Positions 25,650-37,930 of a DNA stretch of 64,000 nucleotides are shown in pieces. Under the pieces are notes generated by a model. The model ran no database searches. It was not told where the DNA came from and was given only the letters and a program-made list of their open reading frames with translations. Where the stretch lies: contig OX597828.1 of assembly GCA_951406725.2 (NCBI GenBank), positions 40,176,001 to 40,240,000 on the forward strand. Reading direction: 5' to 3'. Source of the DNA: Octopus vulgaris (Eukaryota). Position numbers and translations under genes: made by a program. Each line of letters starts with the position of its first letter. The first letter of the stretch is position 1.

Positions 25650-25711
25650 TTTTATGTGAATATATATATTGTTATATTTCGGGATGGTCATATATATATA
25701 TATATATATAT

Positions 25712-25882
25712 AGTTAATCCAAACATGAAAACACAACAACGCGAGGACGTAGAACAAGTATAGTATTATTGGACGCTCAGGAAAAAAGGAAAGAAGGTTC
25801 CTGAGCGTCCAATAATACTATACTTGTTCCACGTCCTCGCGTTTTTGTGTTTTCTCTTTGTGTTTTCATGTTTGGATTAACT
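25712..25882. repeat. Inverted repeat (~72-bp arms, 14-bp spacer) flanked by (TA)n
   Basis: AGTTAATCCAAACATGAAAACAC...GGACGCTCAGGAA versus TTCCTGAGCGTCC...GTTTGGATTAACT; a lone arm recurs at ~45061-45125. Confidence 0.9.
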
Positions 25883-25989
25883 TTATATACCGCACGCTCA
25901 CACGGACCCCGGCCTTCTGACTGCCTTGGATAACCAATTCCTGGATTTTTACACCTACGGATTACTGTTACCATTCATCCGGAGTACGC

Positions 25990-26028
<39 letters not shown>

Positions 26029-27658
26029 AAGCGCTAGACAAGATGCCTTGCGGCAGCGGTTCCTACAGTTTGTGTTCTAAATTCATATTCTTCCTGCGTA
26101 CCGATAGCCAAGGCTAATATCCTGGCCAAAGATTTTCTAACAAGACATTCGTGTTAAGTTGCATATAAAGATTATCTTTTGGTATTAAAACTGCTTCTAT
26201 CGCAAACAATATATAAAAAACTATAGTGAGACAGTTGCATTAAAAACATCGCCACGATATTTCATCGTATGCAGAACAGGACAGCAATCGGAAAAAACGA
26301 CCTATTCGAGGAAGATGGAAGATCTGACCGAAGTGAAGTTTTCTTTAAACAACTTTGGCTCTAGCGATGCGAAAGACTGAGATCGGTCAATCTGCTAGAA
26401 AAAGGAGCGAGATCTTTTTCAAATATCATGTCAACGGTTTTAGAACAGGAAGAATACATTTCATAATGTGCTCCAGCAGCCCTCGACGCACGGAAATAGA
26501 TGAGATGGTCATAGTTGGAACGCCATTGATCAAAGATCAAGCAACACCTAAAATATCAAACCAAAGAGGGGGAACTTTCAAATGTGGTCGCTAAACGTGT
26601 TAGGAATTTCTTTAAAACAGCGGGGGGTGGGGGAAACAGTGTACTCAGGGCTAGTGCAAAAAAAATTGAGATGATCACAGCAGGAACATTTTTGATGGGC
26701 TTGCACACTTAGGGAACTGGACAAGGGCTAAAGAAAAGCAAGTGCACTATTTCACACATAAGCTTTATGTTGTTCACTCTACAGGAAACGCATATAATCA
26801 CACACACATGCATTCACACAAACTTTCACTCGTACGCGTACGTTCATTCCATCACGCATGTACTCCACAAATGCGCACACAAATGCTCATGCATACACGC
26901 ACGCACGCATGCACACAAATATATTTGATCACAGAAACACCATTCGTATATCCGAACATACATTCATCACACGCGTCCCCACCTCCGCGCGCGCGCTCGC
27001 ACATTCACTGCACGCGCTCACAAAACAAAATGAGATGCAGGTGATGTAACCAAGCAGGATGGAATCAACACCTCCCCACCGCCATTGCCGCCACCACCAT
27101 CGCCGTCGTCGTCTTCCACACTGAGTATCCCTAAATAGCTCTGCACTAAACCAGGATGTTGTCGGTGCGTATCGTAAAGTGCACTCCTTGAAGCTAGCTA
27201 TAAAAATACAAATATGTTTGAAATAATCGCTTCAAGAGCCCACAAGCCAATGAGCATGCCTCCTCGTGGTCACACGTGCGTGCTTTGTGTGTGTGTGTGT
27301 GTAATATAATGTGCGGAAATACAATTCCACACTTATTTATATTTACGCATACACAACACATAAACATAATATAATATGTAATATTTTATACTATAATATA
27401 TATATATCTATGTATGTGTTTGTGTATATATATATATATATATATATGCACATACACGCACACAAATCGATTTCGCTTAATACCAGATACCTGAATAATT
27501 CTGTTAATTGCAAAAATTTATTTTAAAAACCTAAACCAAAATCTTTTATCATTAAATACATATATGTGTATGCGTAGAGGTTTGATAAATGCTAACGCAC
27601 TAAACTCTCGTCCTTTGAGTCACTCTGTTGTTTCAGCTAAATATTAGTGAAAATATAT

Positions 27659-27711
<53 letters not shown>

Positions 27712-28109
27712 GACGATTTAATTGCAGATGAAAATATTGACGATTTATTTACTTTTTTTCTTGCTGTTTAAAAGCAAATTAATAAAAAAAATTGTCGAAT
27801 ATGTAAAATAAATTGAGCATTGATCTGATTGATTTGTATGTAGTAATTGCGGAAGCTTTGGTTCTTGATGAGAAACAAGGACAGAACAAACAACAGATGG
27901 TAAGAGTTAAATGTACGAGATTCAGATGATTCTTACCATTTAAATTATTTAACGACTATTGAATTTCAGATTGTGTCGTATTTTAATTGGGTATTAAAAT
28001 TTTTCAATAAGTAAATCCTCGTGGTAGATGAAAATGCTTAAAAAAAGATAGCATTTATGAGTCAAGCGGTAAATAGGCGCCATTTTGTTTTCATTGTTAA
28101 CTACACTAG

Positions 28110-28325
28110 AAGGCGGCGAGATGGTAGAATCGTTACCGCACCTAACAAAATCTTTAGCAACATTTCTTCTAGTTTTACGCTTGAGTTCAAATGTCGCCAA
28201 GGTGGACTTTACCTTTCCTCCTTTCGGGGTCGATAAAATGTGTGCCAAATGAAGTCGAGGATCGATGTAATTGACTAATCTCCTTCCATAAAGATTGTAG
28301 GCCTTGTGCCTATAGTAGACAGGAT
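28110..28325 (+). mobile_element. SINE family A, diverged
   Basis: GGCGGCGAGATGGTAGAATCGTTA...GAGTTCAAATGTCGCC...CTTTCGGGGTCGATAAA. Confidence 0.7.
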
Positions 28326-28515
28326 TAACAGCATTAGCCCGAGGTCGACCTAATTACATTCGGCTTGATGAGCCTTGTTTTTAGTGCTGAATAATTCAAA
28401 CTGTAAGTTATTGTTAGAGCGAATGAATGCGGTTTATGCTTGAGTAACTAAGCTATCAAGGCGAGATGAAAAACTTCATAGGAGCTCGTGAGACAAACGA
28501 TTGTTATAGGAAAAT

Positions 28516-28901
28516 GGGAAGCACTCCGTCGGTTACGACGATGAGGGTTCCGGTTGATCCGATCAACGGAACAGCCTGCTCGTGAAATTAACGTGTAAGT
28601 GGCTGAGCACTCCACAGACAAGTGTACCCTTAACGTAGTTCGCGTGGATATTCAGCGTGACACAGAGAGTGACAAGGCCGGCCCATTGAAATACAGGTAC
28701 AACAGAAACAGGAAGTAAAAGTGAGAGAAAGTTGTGGTGAAAGAGTACAGCAGGGATCACCACCATCCCCTGCCGGAGCCTCGTGGAGCTTTAGGTGTTT
28801 TCGCTCAATAAACACTCACAACACCCGGTCTGGGAATCGAAACCGCGATCCTCCGACCGCGAGTCCGCTGCCCTAACCACTGGGCCATTGCGCCTCCACG
28901 A
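28516..28901 (-). mobile_element. tRNA-derived SINE family C, full length
   Basis: Minus head GGAGGCGCAATGGCCCAGTGGTTAGGGCAG...GTTTCGATTCCC (A and B boxes); TSD TATAGGAAAAT at 28505-28515 and 28902-28912. Confidence 0.9.
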
Positions 28902-29236
28902 TATAGGAAAATATAAAGTGGACTATCAGCAACATTTAAGTAAATTTTGTGAACACAAAATATAGTGTAATTGATAAAAAAAAAAGGTTTTATTCGTGCT
29001 GCAATACGTCATCTTCTATGGGTGAAATACAACCGCAATACTTCGTTACTAACAGTATATTGAAATCAGGCAATGGAAATCTTTAATTGCACAAGAATTA
29101 TAACCACAGAGAACAGAATCAACTAATTTTCATAAGACAGAATCAACTAATTTTCTCACTCACACACACGTGTACATATGTGGTAATTAACGCGGCTGCA
29201 CAATATATTCTGGAGGGACAACCGGTTCGCAGTATA

Positions 29237-29267
<31 letters not shown>

Positions 29268-29598
29268 CGCTCTTGCGCTACTTGTAATATAGTACAATTT
29301 GCTGCTTGGTCGGGTCGTCGGCGACCAAGCTTGTTAAGTGACAGAGGTCGATTTTTGGACACTCAATGGAATCAAAAACAAAGTCCCATAAAAAGACGGA
29401 AGGATTTGAGGGATATAGCCAAAAGTAGATGCTGGTCACCTGTCAGACTGAAAACACTTCATCTAGGAGAAGCAAATCTCTGAAATAAAAACCGTTCAGC
29501 GAGGACTTTGAGCCAGCTGATGCTATTTTGCACAGAAAAAATCATGAGATTAAGATGTTATAGTTTCGTCCACGGACTACTGCTAATAATAAGATTAT

Positions 29599-29775
29599 GG
29601 CGTGGCTGTGTGGTAAGGAGCTTGCTTCCCAACCACATGGTTCCGGGTTCAGTCCCACTGCGTGGTACCTTGGGCAGGTGTCTTTTACTATAGCCTCGGG
29701 CCAACCAAAGCCTTGCGAGTGGATTTGGTAGACAGAAACTGAAAGTAACCCGTTGTGTATGTGTGTGTGTGTGTA

Positions 29776-29828
<53 letters not shown>

Positions 29829-30045
29829 CTATCTACATTTATGTGTGTGTCTTTGAATCTGTGCTTGTCCCTCCTCCATTACTTGACAACTGTTGTTGGT
29901 GTGTTTACGTCCTTGTAACTTAGCGGTTCGGATAAAGACACCGCTTAAGTCCTGGGGTCGATTTCTTCGACTATAAATCCCCTTAAGGCGGTGCTCCAGT
30001 ATGACTGCAGTCAAATGACTGAAAAATGTAAAAGAATAAAAGAAT
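29599..30045 (+). mobile_element. SINE family B
   Basis: Canonical head and tail; internal (TG)(TC)(TATC) expansion. Confidence 0.85.
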
Positions 30046-30054
30046 ATATAGATA

Positions 30055-30445
30055 TTTGCAACTAAGCGTTTTCGGGTTCGGTTCCACTGCGCAACACATT
30101 GGGCAAGTTTCTTAGCTCTAAGCCGACCTACGCGCTATGAGTGAATTTGGTAGATAGAAAGTGGGAAAGCCGTATGTGTGTAAACCATTTCTCATTCTCG
30201 AAGTTTCTAAATTCTTGTGACGTCAACAGTATGTGTGTGTGTGTGTGTGTGTGTCTTGTTTGTCCCATCTCCACCATTTCTTGACAACCGGTATTGGTTC
30301 GTTTACGTCCTCCTAACTTAGCAGGTCGGCAAACGACCGACAGAATAAGTACCAGACTCAATAAGCACGGGGGGTCGGTTTGTTCGACTTAAAAACCTCT
30401 TCAAGGCGGTGCCCCAGCATGGTCCCCGTCCCATGAATGAAATGA
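30055..30445 (+). mobile_element. SINE family B, diverged
   Basis: GGTTCGGTTCCACTGCG...TTGGGCAAG...GGCGGTGCCCCAGCATGG. Confidence 0.7.
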
Positions 30446-30662
30446 ATGAAAGACAGACGGTACAGTATATCGGAACTAAAGATGGAAGGAGGGAGAGAAT
30501 TGCTGACATATTTATGACCGAACAAACTCTATTCACACAAATGTTGCATGCGTGCGCAACGCAGAATGTGTGTATAAGGGAAAAGACTGAGAAAAAGAGA
30601 GTTGGAGAGGAAGTAAGTCAAGGCAAGTTCTCTATCATAACTACCATTACCATAATTAACAC

Positions 30663-31151
30663 CTATTTCTTTATTACCCACAAGGGGCTAAACACAGAGG
30701 GGACAAACATGGACAGACATAGGTATTAAGTCGATTATATCGACCCCAGTGCGTAACTGGTACTTAATTTATCGACCCCAAAAGGATGAAAGGCAAAATC
30801 GACCTCGGCGGAATTTGAACTCAGAACGTAATCAGTGTATCCGCAGACGAAATGTCGCTACGCATTTCACCCGGCGTGCTAACGATTCTGCCAGCTCGCC
30901 GCCCTATTTTAATTAATACCTATTTCTTTATTACCCACAAGGGGCTAAACACAGAGGGGACAAACAAGGACAGACATAGGTATTAAGTCGATTACATCGA
31001 CCCCAGTGCGTAACTGGTACTTAATTTATCGACCCCGAAAGGATGAAAGGCAAAGTCGACCTCGGCGGAATTTGAACTCAGAACGTAACGGCAGACGAAA
31101 TACGGCTACGCATTTCGCCCGGCGTGCTAACGATTCTGCCAGCTCGCCGCC
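30663..31151 (-). mobile_element. Two tandem full-length SINE family A copies
   Basis: Near-identical units 30663-30903 and 30920-31151, bounded three times by TAATTAAYACC. Confidence 0.9.
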
Positions 31152-31591
31152 CTATTTTAATTAATACCACCGCCATCACATACCCTCTTCATGCTATCCA
31201 ATGATGTGTTCACTATTTTGATGGTCGTGGTTGTTATTGTAGTAGCAAAGACAATTTTGTAGTGTTTATAATTGAGGTGTGGTAGTTGTGATGATGGTAG
31301 TGGGCTGAGTGATGGCGAGAATTGTAGTACTAGTGGTAATGTTAGTGGTGCTTGTTGCCGAAGTACTTGAAGTATTGTTGACGTGACCCTCATCACGCAT
31401 CTCCTAACGATAAAGAAAACAACGTCCTTAGCTCTGCTGTTGTTTATGACCGATGGCATTTCCCATCCTACTTTACTGTATTTCAGTAACTGCATTGTGT
31501 CCAGTTTTGTGGTGCCAGTGATGTTTATGACAATGCTAATGGGCCTACTACCATTACAATTTATATCGATAACCATCATCAGTCATCATTG

Positions 31592-31976
31592 AGGAAGCAC
31601 TCCGTCGGTTACGACGACGAGGGTTCCGGTTGATCCGAATCAACCGAACAGCCTGCTCGTGAAATTAACGTGTAAGTGGCTGAGCACTCCACAGACACGT
31701 GTACCCCTAACGTAGTTCTCGGGGATATTCAGCGTGACACAGAGAGTGACAAGGCCGGCCCTTTGAAATACAGGTACAACAGAAACAGGAAGTAAGAGTG
31801 AGAGAAAGTTGTGGTGAAAGAGTACAGCAGGGATCACCACCATCCCCTGCCGGAGCCTCGTGGAGCTTTAGGTGTTTTCGCTCAATAAACACTCACAATG
31901 CCCGGTCTGGGAATCGAAACCGCGATCCTATGACCGCGAGTCAGCTGCCCTAACCACTGGGCCATTGCGCCTCCAC
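31592..31976 (-). mobile_element. SINE family C, full length, 48-bp TSD
   Basis: Highly similar to the 28516 copy; direct repeat at 31541-31588 and 31977-32024. Confidence 0.9.
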
Positions 31977-32009
31977 GGGCCTACTACCATTACAATTTAT
32001 ATCGATAGC

Positions 32010-32400
32010 CATCATCAGTCATCACAATTCCTTAACCAATCGTTAGTCAGTCGTTGGGGTGCCACTCTAGACGCTTTCGTAGTCAGCTGCCGCCACTGGT
32101 CTCTGGCCTCTGTCATGCGTAGCAAGTTCGCTGTGTTGTGACCTGTCCAGTCCTTGATGTTGTGAAACCGGGATTTTCTCTGTCTGTGTTCGAGTAGAGA
32201 TAACACCTCAGTTTCCAACTGCAATGTCTTGAAGGATTGGCGGATACACTGATTCTCACCTGAGTCTCACTTTTGGCTCCGATACCATTCTCAGCCGCAC
32301 CCTGGTGGCTGCTTCTTCTGGCAGGCTAAACTTAGTGAAGGACTGAACGCTTGGAGAAGAGATGGGCACCGCCAGGCATTTCTAAGACCAACTGAAGTGC
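32010..32400 (-). pseudogene. 3' end of an RTE-like LINE
   Basis: RQRKSRFHNIKDWTGHNTANLLRMTEARDQWR..ASRVAPQR followed by a TGATGA-type tail. Confidence 0.6.
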
Positions 32401-32644
32401 CATAATAGATACATAAACAAGACTTATATCGATAAGACTCCCCCCACCACAAAAACAAATCACTATACAAAGCTGAAAAATACATATAAAAACATCACAT
32501 ACACACGCATGCACGTGTATATAGCTGTGTAAATAGAAGTATTATACGAGTATGATTTTCCACAAACAAAACACGAATGCCCACTTTGAATGGCGTAAGA
32601 CGAAATAAATTCTTTTGCTATTGTCATATAAGCAAACGGGAAAG

Positions 32645-33050
32645 GATGAGTGGCTGTGTGGTAAGTAGCTTGTTTACCAACCACATGGTTCCGGGTTCAG
32701 TCCCACTGCGTGGCACCTTGGGCAAGTGTCTTCTACTATAGCCTCGGGCCGACCAAAGCCTTGTGAGTGGATTTGGTAGACGGAAACTGAAAGAAACCCG
32801 TCGTATAAATGTATATATATATGTATGTGCGTGTATGTTTGTGTGTCTGTGTTTGTCCCCTTAGCATTGCTCGACAACCGATGCTGGTGTGTTTATGTCC
32901 CCGTTACTTAGCGGTTCGGCAAAAGATACCGATAGAATAAGTCCTGGGCTTCCAAAGAATAAGTCCCGGGGTCGAGTTGCTCGATTAAAGGCGGTGCTCC
33001 AGCATGGCCGCAGTCAAATGACTGAAACAAGTAAAAGAGTAAAAGAGAGT
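32645..33050 (+). mobile_element. SINE family B, young full length
   Basis: Consensus-like head GTGGCTGTGTGGTAAGTAGCTTG, GGTTCAGTCCC and tail GTAAAAGAGTAAAAGAG. Confidence 0.9.
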
Positions 33051-33454
33051 ATGTGTAGGGAGGAGGATGAAAAGCGTTTGAGATGACGTTTAATAGAGAA
33101 ATAAGCTGGGGAGGGGCAGAGAGAAAGACATGTATTATGGCTAAAGATAGTTTTTTCACGCACGGAGCGAGGTCGTAACAAGCGTGTACTAAGTAATAGG
33201 TAATTGTAGTAGATTTGAGAAACCAGCCCGCGGCAATCGTTTGTTGTACTTAGTTTGTGTCACTGAAAATTGAAAAATTTATCGGTTCTCTGATGTTGTT
33301 TATGGAACTGAAGCTAACAACGTTAGAGAATCGGCGAAAGAGAAGAATTAAGCAGTATGTTAGGGAGTATGAAGGAGAAAACAGAAAAAGTTAGCCACGG
33401 ACTCCGATTAGCTCAGATTCCGGAAAATATATCTGTGTCTTCGCCCCGCTCCGA

Positions 33455-33580
<126 letters not shown>

Positions 33581-34209
33581 TTGAATTTTTAACATATCCA
33601 TGAAGATATTTTCTCTCGGACAAAATCTACCTCCTGCCTGTCAATGCTTTATATACGTTAAGTATAGTACGCAGATGGCTATTTTAATCCAATTGCGTAC
33701 ACCGAATTTCTTTCAGTTCGGCAAGTTTTCTATAGTATCAATGAAATTACCATTCACTGTTCGCTATATATCGGAGGGCACAAATTTCATTTCGGCATGC
33801 GACCAGATGGTACACATCATTGACAAAGCCCAAGAAAGCCGAAATGCGTCAGACATTCTTGTGACTCACTGTTGAGACGACGTCCGCCTCGTTCCGATAA
33901 TATATTTTGTTTTTAACGTGTCGATGGCGATATTTTCTCTCGGACAAAAATCACAGCATCATGTCTTTCAAATTGTGTATATACATTAAATATGCTACAT
34001 AAATGATTATTTTAAGTTAATGCTTTTATTATTTTTTTAATTGAGTGTAGGTATAAAGTGTAAGTGTACACATTCCTAGAAACATGTCTGAAACCCGGGC
34101 TCGGAAGTAGTGAAAAATATCAGACGAAAGTTATGCATGGGTTCATATACCAAGAGTTAAAAGATATTAATAACATTGACGAGAAGAATCTATTTTTGAA
34201 CTAGTGATT

Positions 34210-34510
34210 GATACATCACATCCTACATTTGGCAATTTAAGAACAGTGTAGTAATGACTGTCTGATGATTAAAAAAAGGAAAAGAATGACAAAACAAAAT
34301 ACATAAGGATACGTCCAAAACTCCTAGCTACGATAGAAAACGTTCATTGTGCCCTTACAAATGAGAAACATATAGCCCAGATCATCATCAGCTGCTGTAT
34401 GTCTGTAATCAATCTCCTTCATGTGATTTGAAATTGTTTCTTAAACTATTTACGAAGGAACCTACTTGAAAAATTGCCTGCCGGTCATACCAAAGTATTC
34501 AAGAACTAGA
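34210..34510 (+). pseudogene. Possible Penelope-like element C-terminal (GIY-YIG region) relic
   Basis: TSYIWQFK, HCALTNEKHI and LNYLRRNLL..GHTK resemble the Penelope SxYIWxLK / CxLCxxEKxxI / LNxRxEL..CRH motifs; heavily decayed. Confidence 0.35.
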
Positions 34511-34616
34511 ATGTATCTACACCTAAAAAAATCAGGAATACTAATGGAATATTCTAATAAAAACAGCAATCTTGAACATTTACAAAAGATTTGATATTAT
34601 TCATTAGGACACAAGA

Positions 34617-34978
34617 AGTGAGCTGACCGTAATCATTACGACGCCGAAGAAAATGCTCAACGACGTTTCTTCCGGCTTTCGGTTCTGATTCAAATTTCTC
34701 CGAGATCGACTTCGCCTTTCATTTTTTTCGGGGTCGATGAAGTATGTAGCAATCGAGCGCTGTATTCCAGCCATGACCATCCCATGTATTTGGGGATATT
34801 TAGGGGTACATTATCCAATGTGGCCTCCTCATTTTTACAGTGGTAGACTCTTCGGTGTGTAACCTCAGGTTAGTCCTATCCGAGCACTTTCATAACCCAT
34901 CCATGACCATCCCATCGACTGCTACCCCCACCCCACCACGCAAAATTTCAGTCCTTAAGCCTATAGTAGAAAGAATTA
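34617..34978 (+). mobile_element. SINE family A, diverged, interrupted by a 156-bp insert
   Basis: GAGATCGACTTCGCCTTTCA..TTCGGGGTCGAT before and TCGACT...CCTATAGTAGAAAG after the insert. Confidence 0.65.
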
Positions 34979-35415
34979 TTCATCAGGACAGGGAAAACAT
35001 GTCAAGTATTGTTGAAGAGATCAGCTGTCTAGCGGATGAGAATGTTATCCACATTTAAAGTTGTACATAAAGAGAGCATCTTTAATGAAATAATGTGGGA
35101 TTTACAGCTCTTGTATGCTGGCAATAGATACTCATTTGCACCTATTATCATAGTTCCACTGAGCTATGTAACACCAGTTTTGCATAAAAGACTGTAAATG
35201 CCTAGGGCTTTCCGATCAGACTGACTCGCCACTCTCCATATTCAACCAATTAGTGGCACAATGAAGATTCCTAAGAAATTCCGAAGATTCTTTATTTGAA
35301 TTTCTTGGAATGAAGATATAACGAAGAATAACATAGGTACATGACAAACACGTAAACAAAATAATCATATTTGTATACTTGAAGACATATATACCCATTA
35401 CGTGATTGCAAGTAT

Positions 35416-35486
<71 letters not shown>

Positions 35487-36038
35487 ATATATAGGGGCAT
35501 TCGTTCACAATCCTCTGGAACTGACTTGATTTATACAAAGAAACCTTGTCACTTTGTTGTTGACTGGTTTGAATTTGCGAAGAACTTAAATCTCAAAGAA
35601 AAATAAACACAAGATCACATCCGCACATATATATATATATATATATACAGACGGATATACATCCTCGGGCATGCATAAACACGTTCTCGTACATACACAG
35701 GCGCATCCTCGGGACATACATATACCAAAAATAAACAGACAGAGCGAAGAACATTTGTAGGATAAACAAACACACGATGAATATAAACTGCAATGGGCGC
35801 AGCCTCTAATATATAGCAAAAACCATTTTAGGTAAGTGTAACATTGATTACGGAACGTTATTTTTGAAATTGATATTTAGACTAAAATCGACACCTATGT
35901 GGTTCTATTGTTAAATGTATTCCAACCGTGACCATCCTGTCTTTTATGCATCTGTGACTACATTACCTAATTTAGTTTCTTCATCAAAATTTGCTAACGC
36001 TCACTCACACACCCATTCACTCTTTCTCTCTCACTCTT

Positions 36039-36076
<38 letters not shown>

Positions 36077-36562
36077 TGTCTCTCTCTCTCTGTCTCTCTC
36101 TCTCTGTCTCTCTCTCTCTCTCTCACACACACACAACAAAAACCTTACGTTTTCAGACACTGACCTGCTAACTTTGTAAACACAATTTGTAAACGGAACG
36201 GCAAAAATATAGAAGACTTTTCGAAAGTTCAGTATACGATTAAACCATGTTGTTATCTAAATCCCTGCGATGGAACTGCGTTTCTCTAAATGATAGAAGG
36301 AATTCAAATAATTAAAGAAAAAGAAAGCCAACATATGTACAGACTTATACACAAACATACATACATACATACAAACATACAAACATACAACAAAAATACA
36401 TTAAATTAAGCGCGCGCGCACACACACACGCACACACATACACACACACTGCCAGACAGATCTAGAAAAATGTCTCCGAAATATGTGTAAAAGAAAATAT
36501 ACATCAATAAATAAATATACAAAACATGAATGAAATAAAACAAACAAGACGATAAAACACGT

Positions 36563-36605
<43 letters not shown>

Positions 36606-37155
36606 GAACTGTTTCTTGAACAATCTGGGTGGTTGTCTTTTAAATAATACACTCCACCTACCCCCGCTACACTTAACTATCATCATCTCCACAACCACCC
36701 GTCCACCCGTTTAAGTCGCCGCCACCCGCTATCACGGTTGCTATGCAGAAACTGTTAAGCTTACACTACATGTCTGACTCATGGAAACGAAACGGAACGT
36801 TTCTCCAACAGGGATAGAAAGATGTCTGCTAGCGCCCCACCCACCACCACCACCACCACCACTCCCACAACCCAGGCATCTCACAAAATCCAGCATCCCC
36901 TTTATCTTATCCCCTTCTCTTCTTCCTTCTCAATATATATCTATACATACGGGGTGTTCATAAATTATCTTTACACCTTCTACAATTTTATTGTATCTAT
37001 GTGTTGCTTGCAGCCAATGGAGTCTACGTGGAAGTGTAATGTTTTTACTAAAACAGTGCCGAGGTTTTCCAATAAACTCAGCTCAGCTGAGATATCCTTA
37101 TTCCCCACTTTTTTTTTCTGGATTTTTCAAATTGTAAAGGTATTTTATAGACATG

Positions 37156-37560
37156 AAGGAGTGGCTATGTGGTAAGTAGCTTGCTTACCAACCACATGGT
37201 TCTGGGTTCATTCCCACTGCGTGGCACTTTGGGCAGGTGTCTTCTACTATAGCCTCGGGCCGACCAAAGCCTTGTGAGTGGATTTGGTATACGGAAACTG
37301 AAAGAAGCCCGTCGTATGTATGTATATATATATATGTATGTGTGTATATATGTTTGTGTGTCTGTTTGTCCCCCACCCCCAACATCGCTTGACAACCGAT
37401 GCTGGTTTGTTTACGTCCCCGTAACTTAGCGGTTCGGTGAAAGAGACCGATAGAATAAGTACTAGGCTTCCAAAGAATAAGTTCTGGGGTCGATTTGCGC
37501 GACTAAAGGCGGTGCTCCAGCATGGCCGCAGTCAAGTGACTGAAACAAGTAAAAGAGAGT
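37156..37560 (+). mobile_element. SINE family B
   Basis: Canonical head to tail. Confidence 0.9.
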
Positions 37561-37604
37561 ATGACGTGTATTTGTGTGTGTGTGTGTCATTTATTTTTCA
37601 ATTG

Positions 37605-37930
37605 TTTCAGTCATTAAACTGCGGCCATGCTGGGGCACCACATCGAAGAAATTTTAGTCAAATGATTCGACAATAGGAATCATTGTTTTTAAAGCCTGGT
37701 ACTTATTCTATTGGTATCGTCTGCCGAACCACAAAGTGATGGGGACATAAATACACCGCCGGTTGTCAAGCAATGGTGGGACACACACACACACACGACG
37801 GGTTTCTTTCGGTTTCCGTCTACCAGGCTCGAGGTTACGGCAGAAGACGTTTGCGCAAGGTGCCACGCAGTGGGACTGAACCCGGAATTCTGTGGTTGGG
37901 AAGCAGAATTCTTAACCACACACACTTACG
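37605..37930 (-). mobile_element. SINE family B (minus), tail-to-tail with the previous copy
   Basis: TGCGGCCATGCTGGGGCACC...GTGGGACTGAACCCGGA...CTTAACCACAC. Confidence 0.8.

Noticed and set aside
28825-28899. tRNA-like sequence with A and B boxes
   Set aside because: It is the head of a multicopy SINE; no complete acceptor stem.
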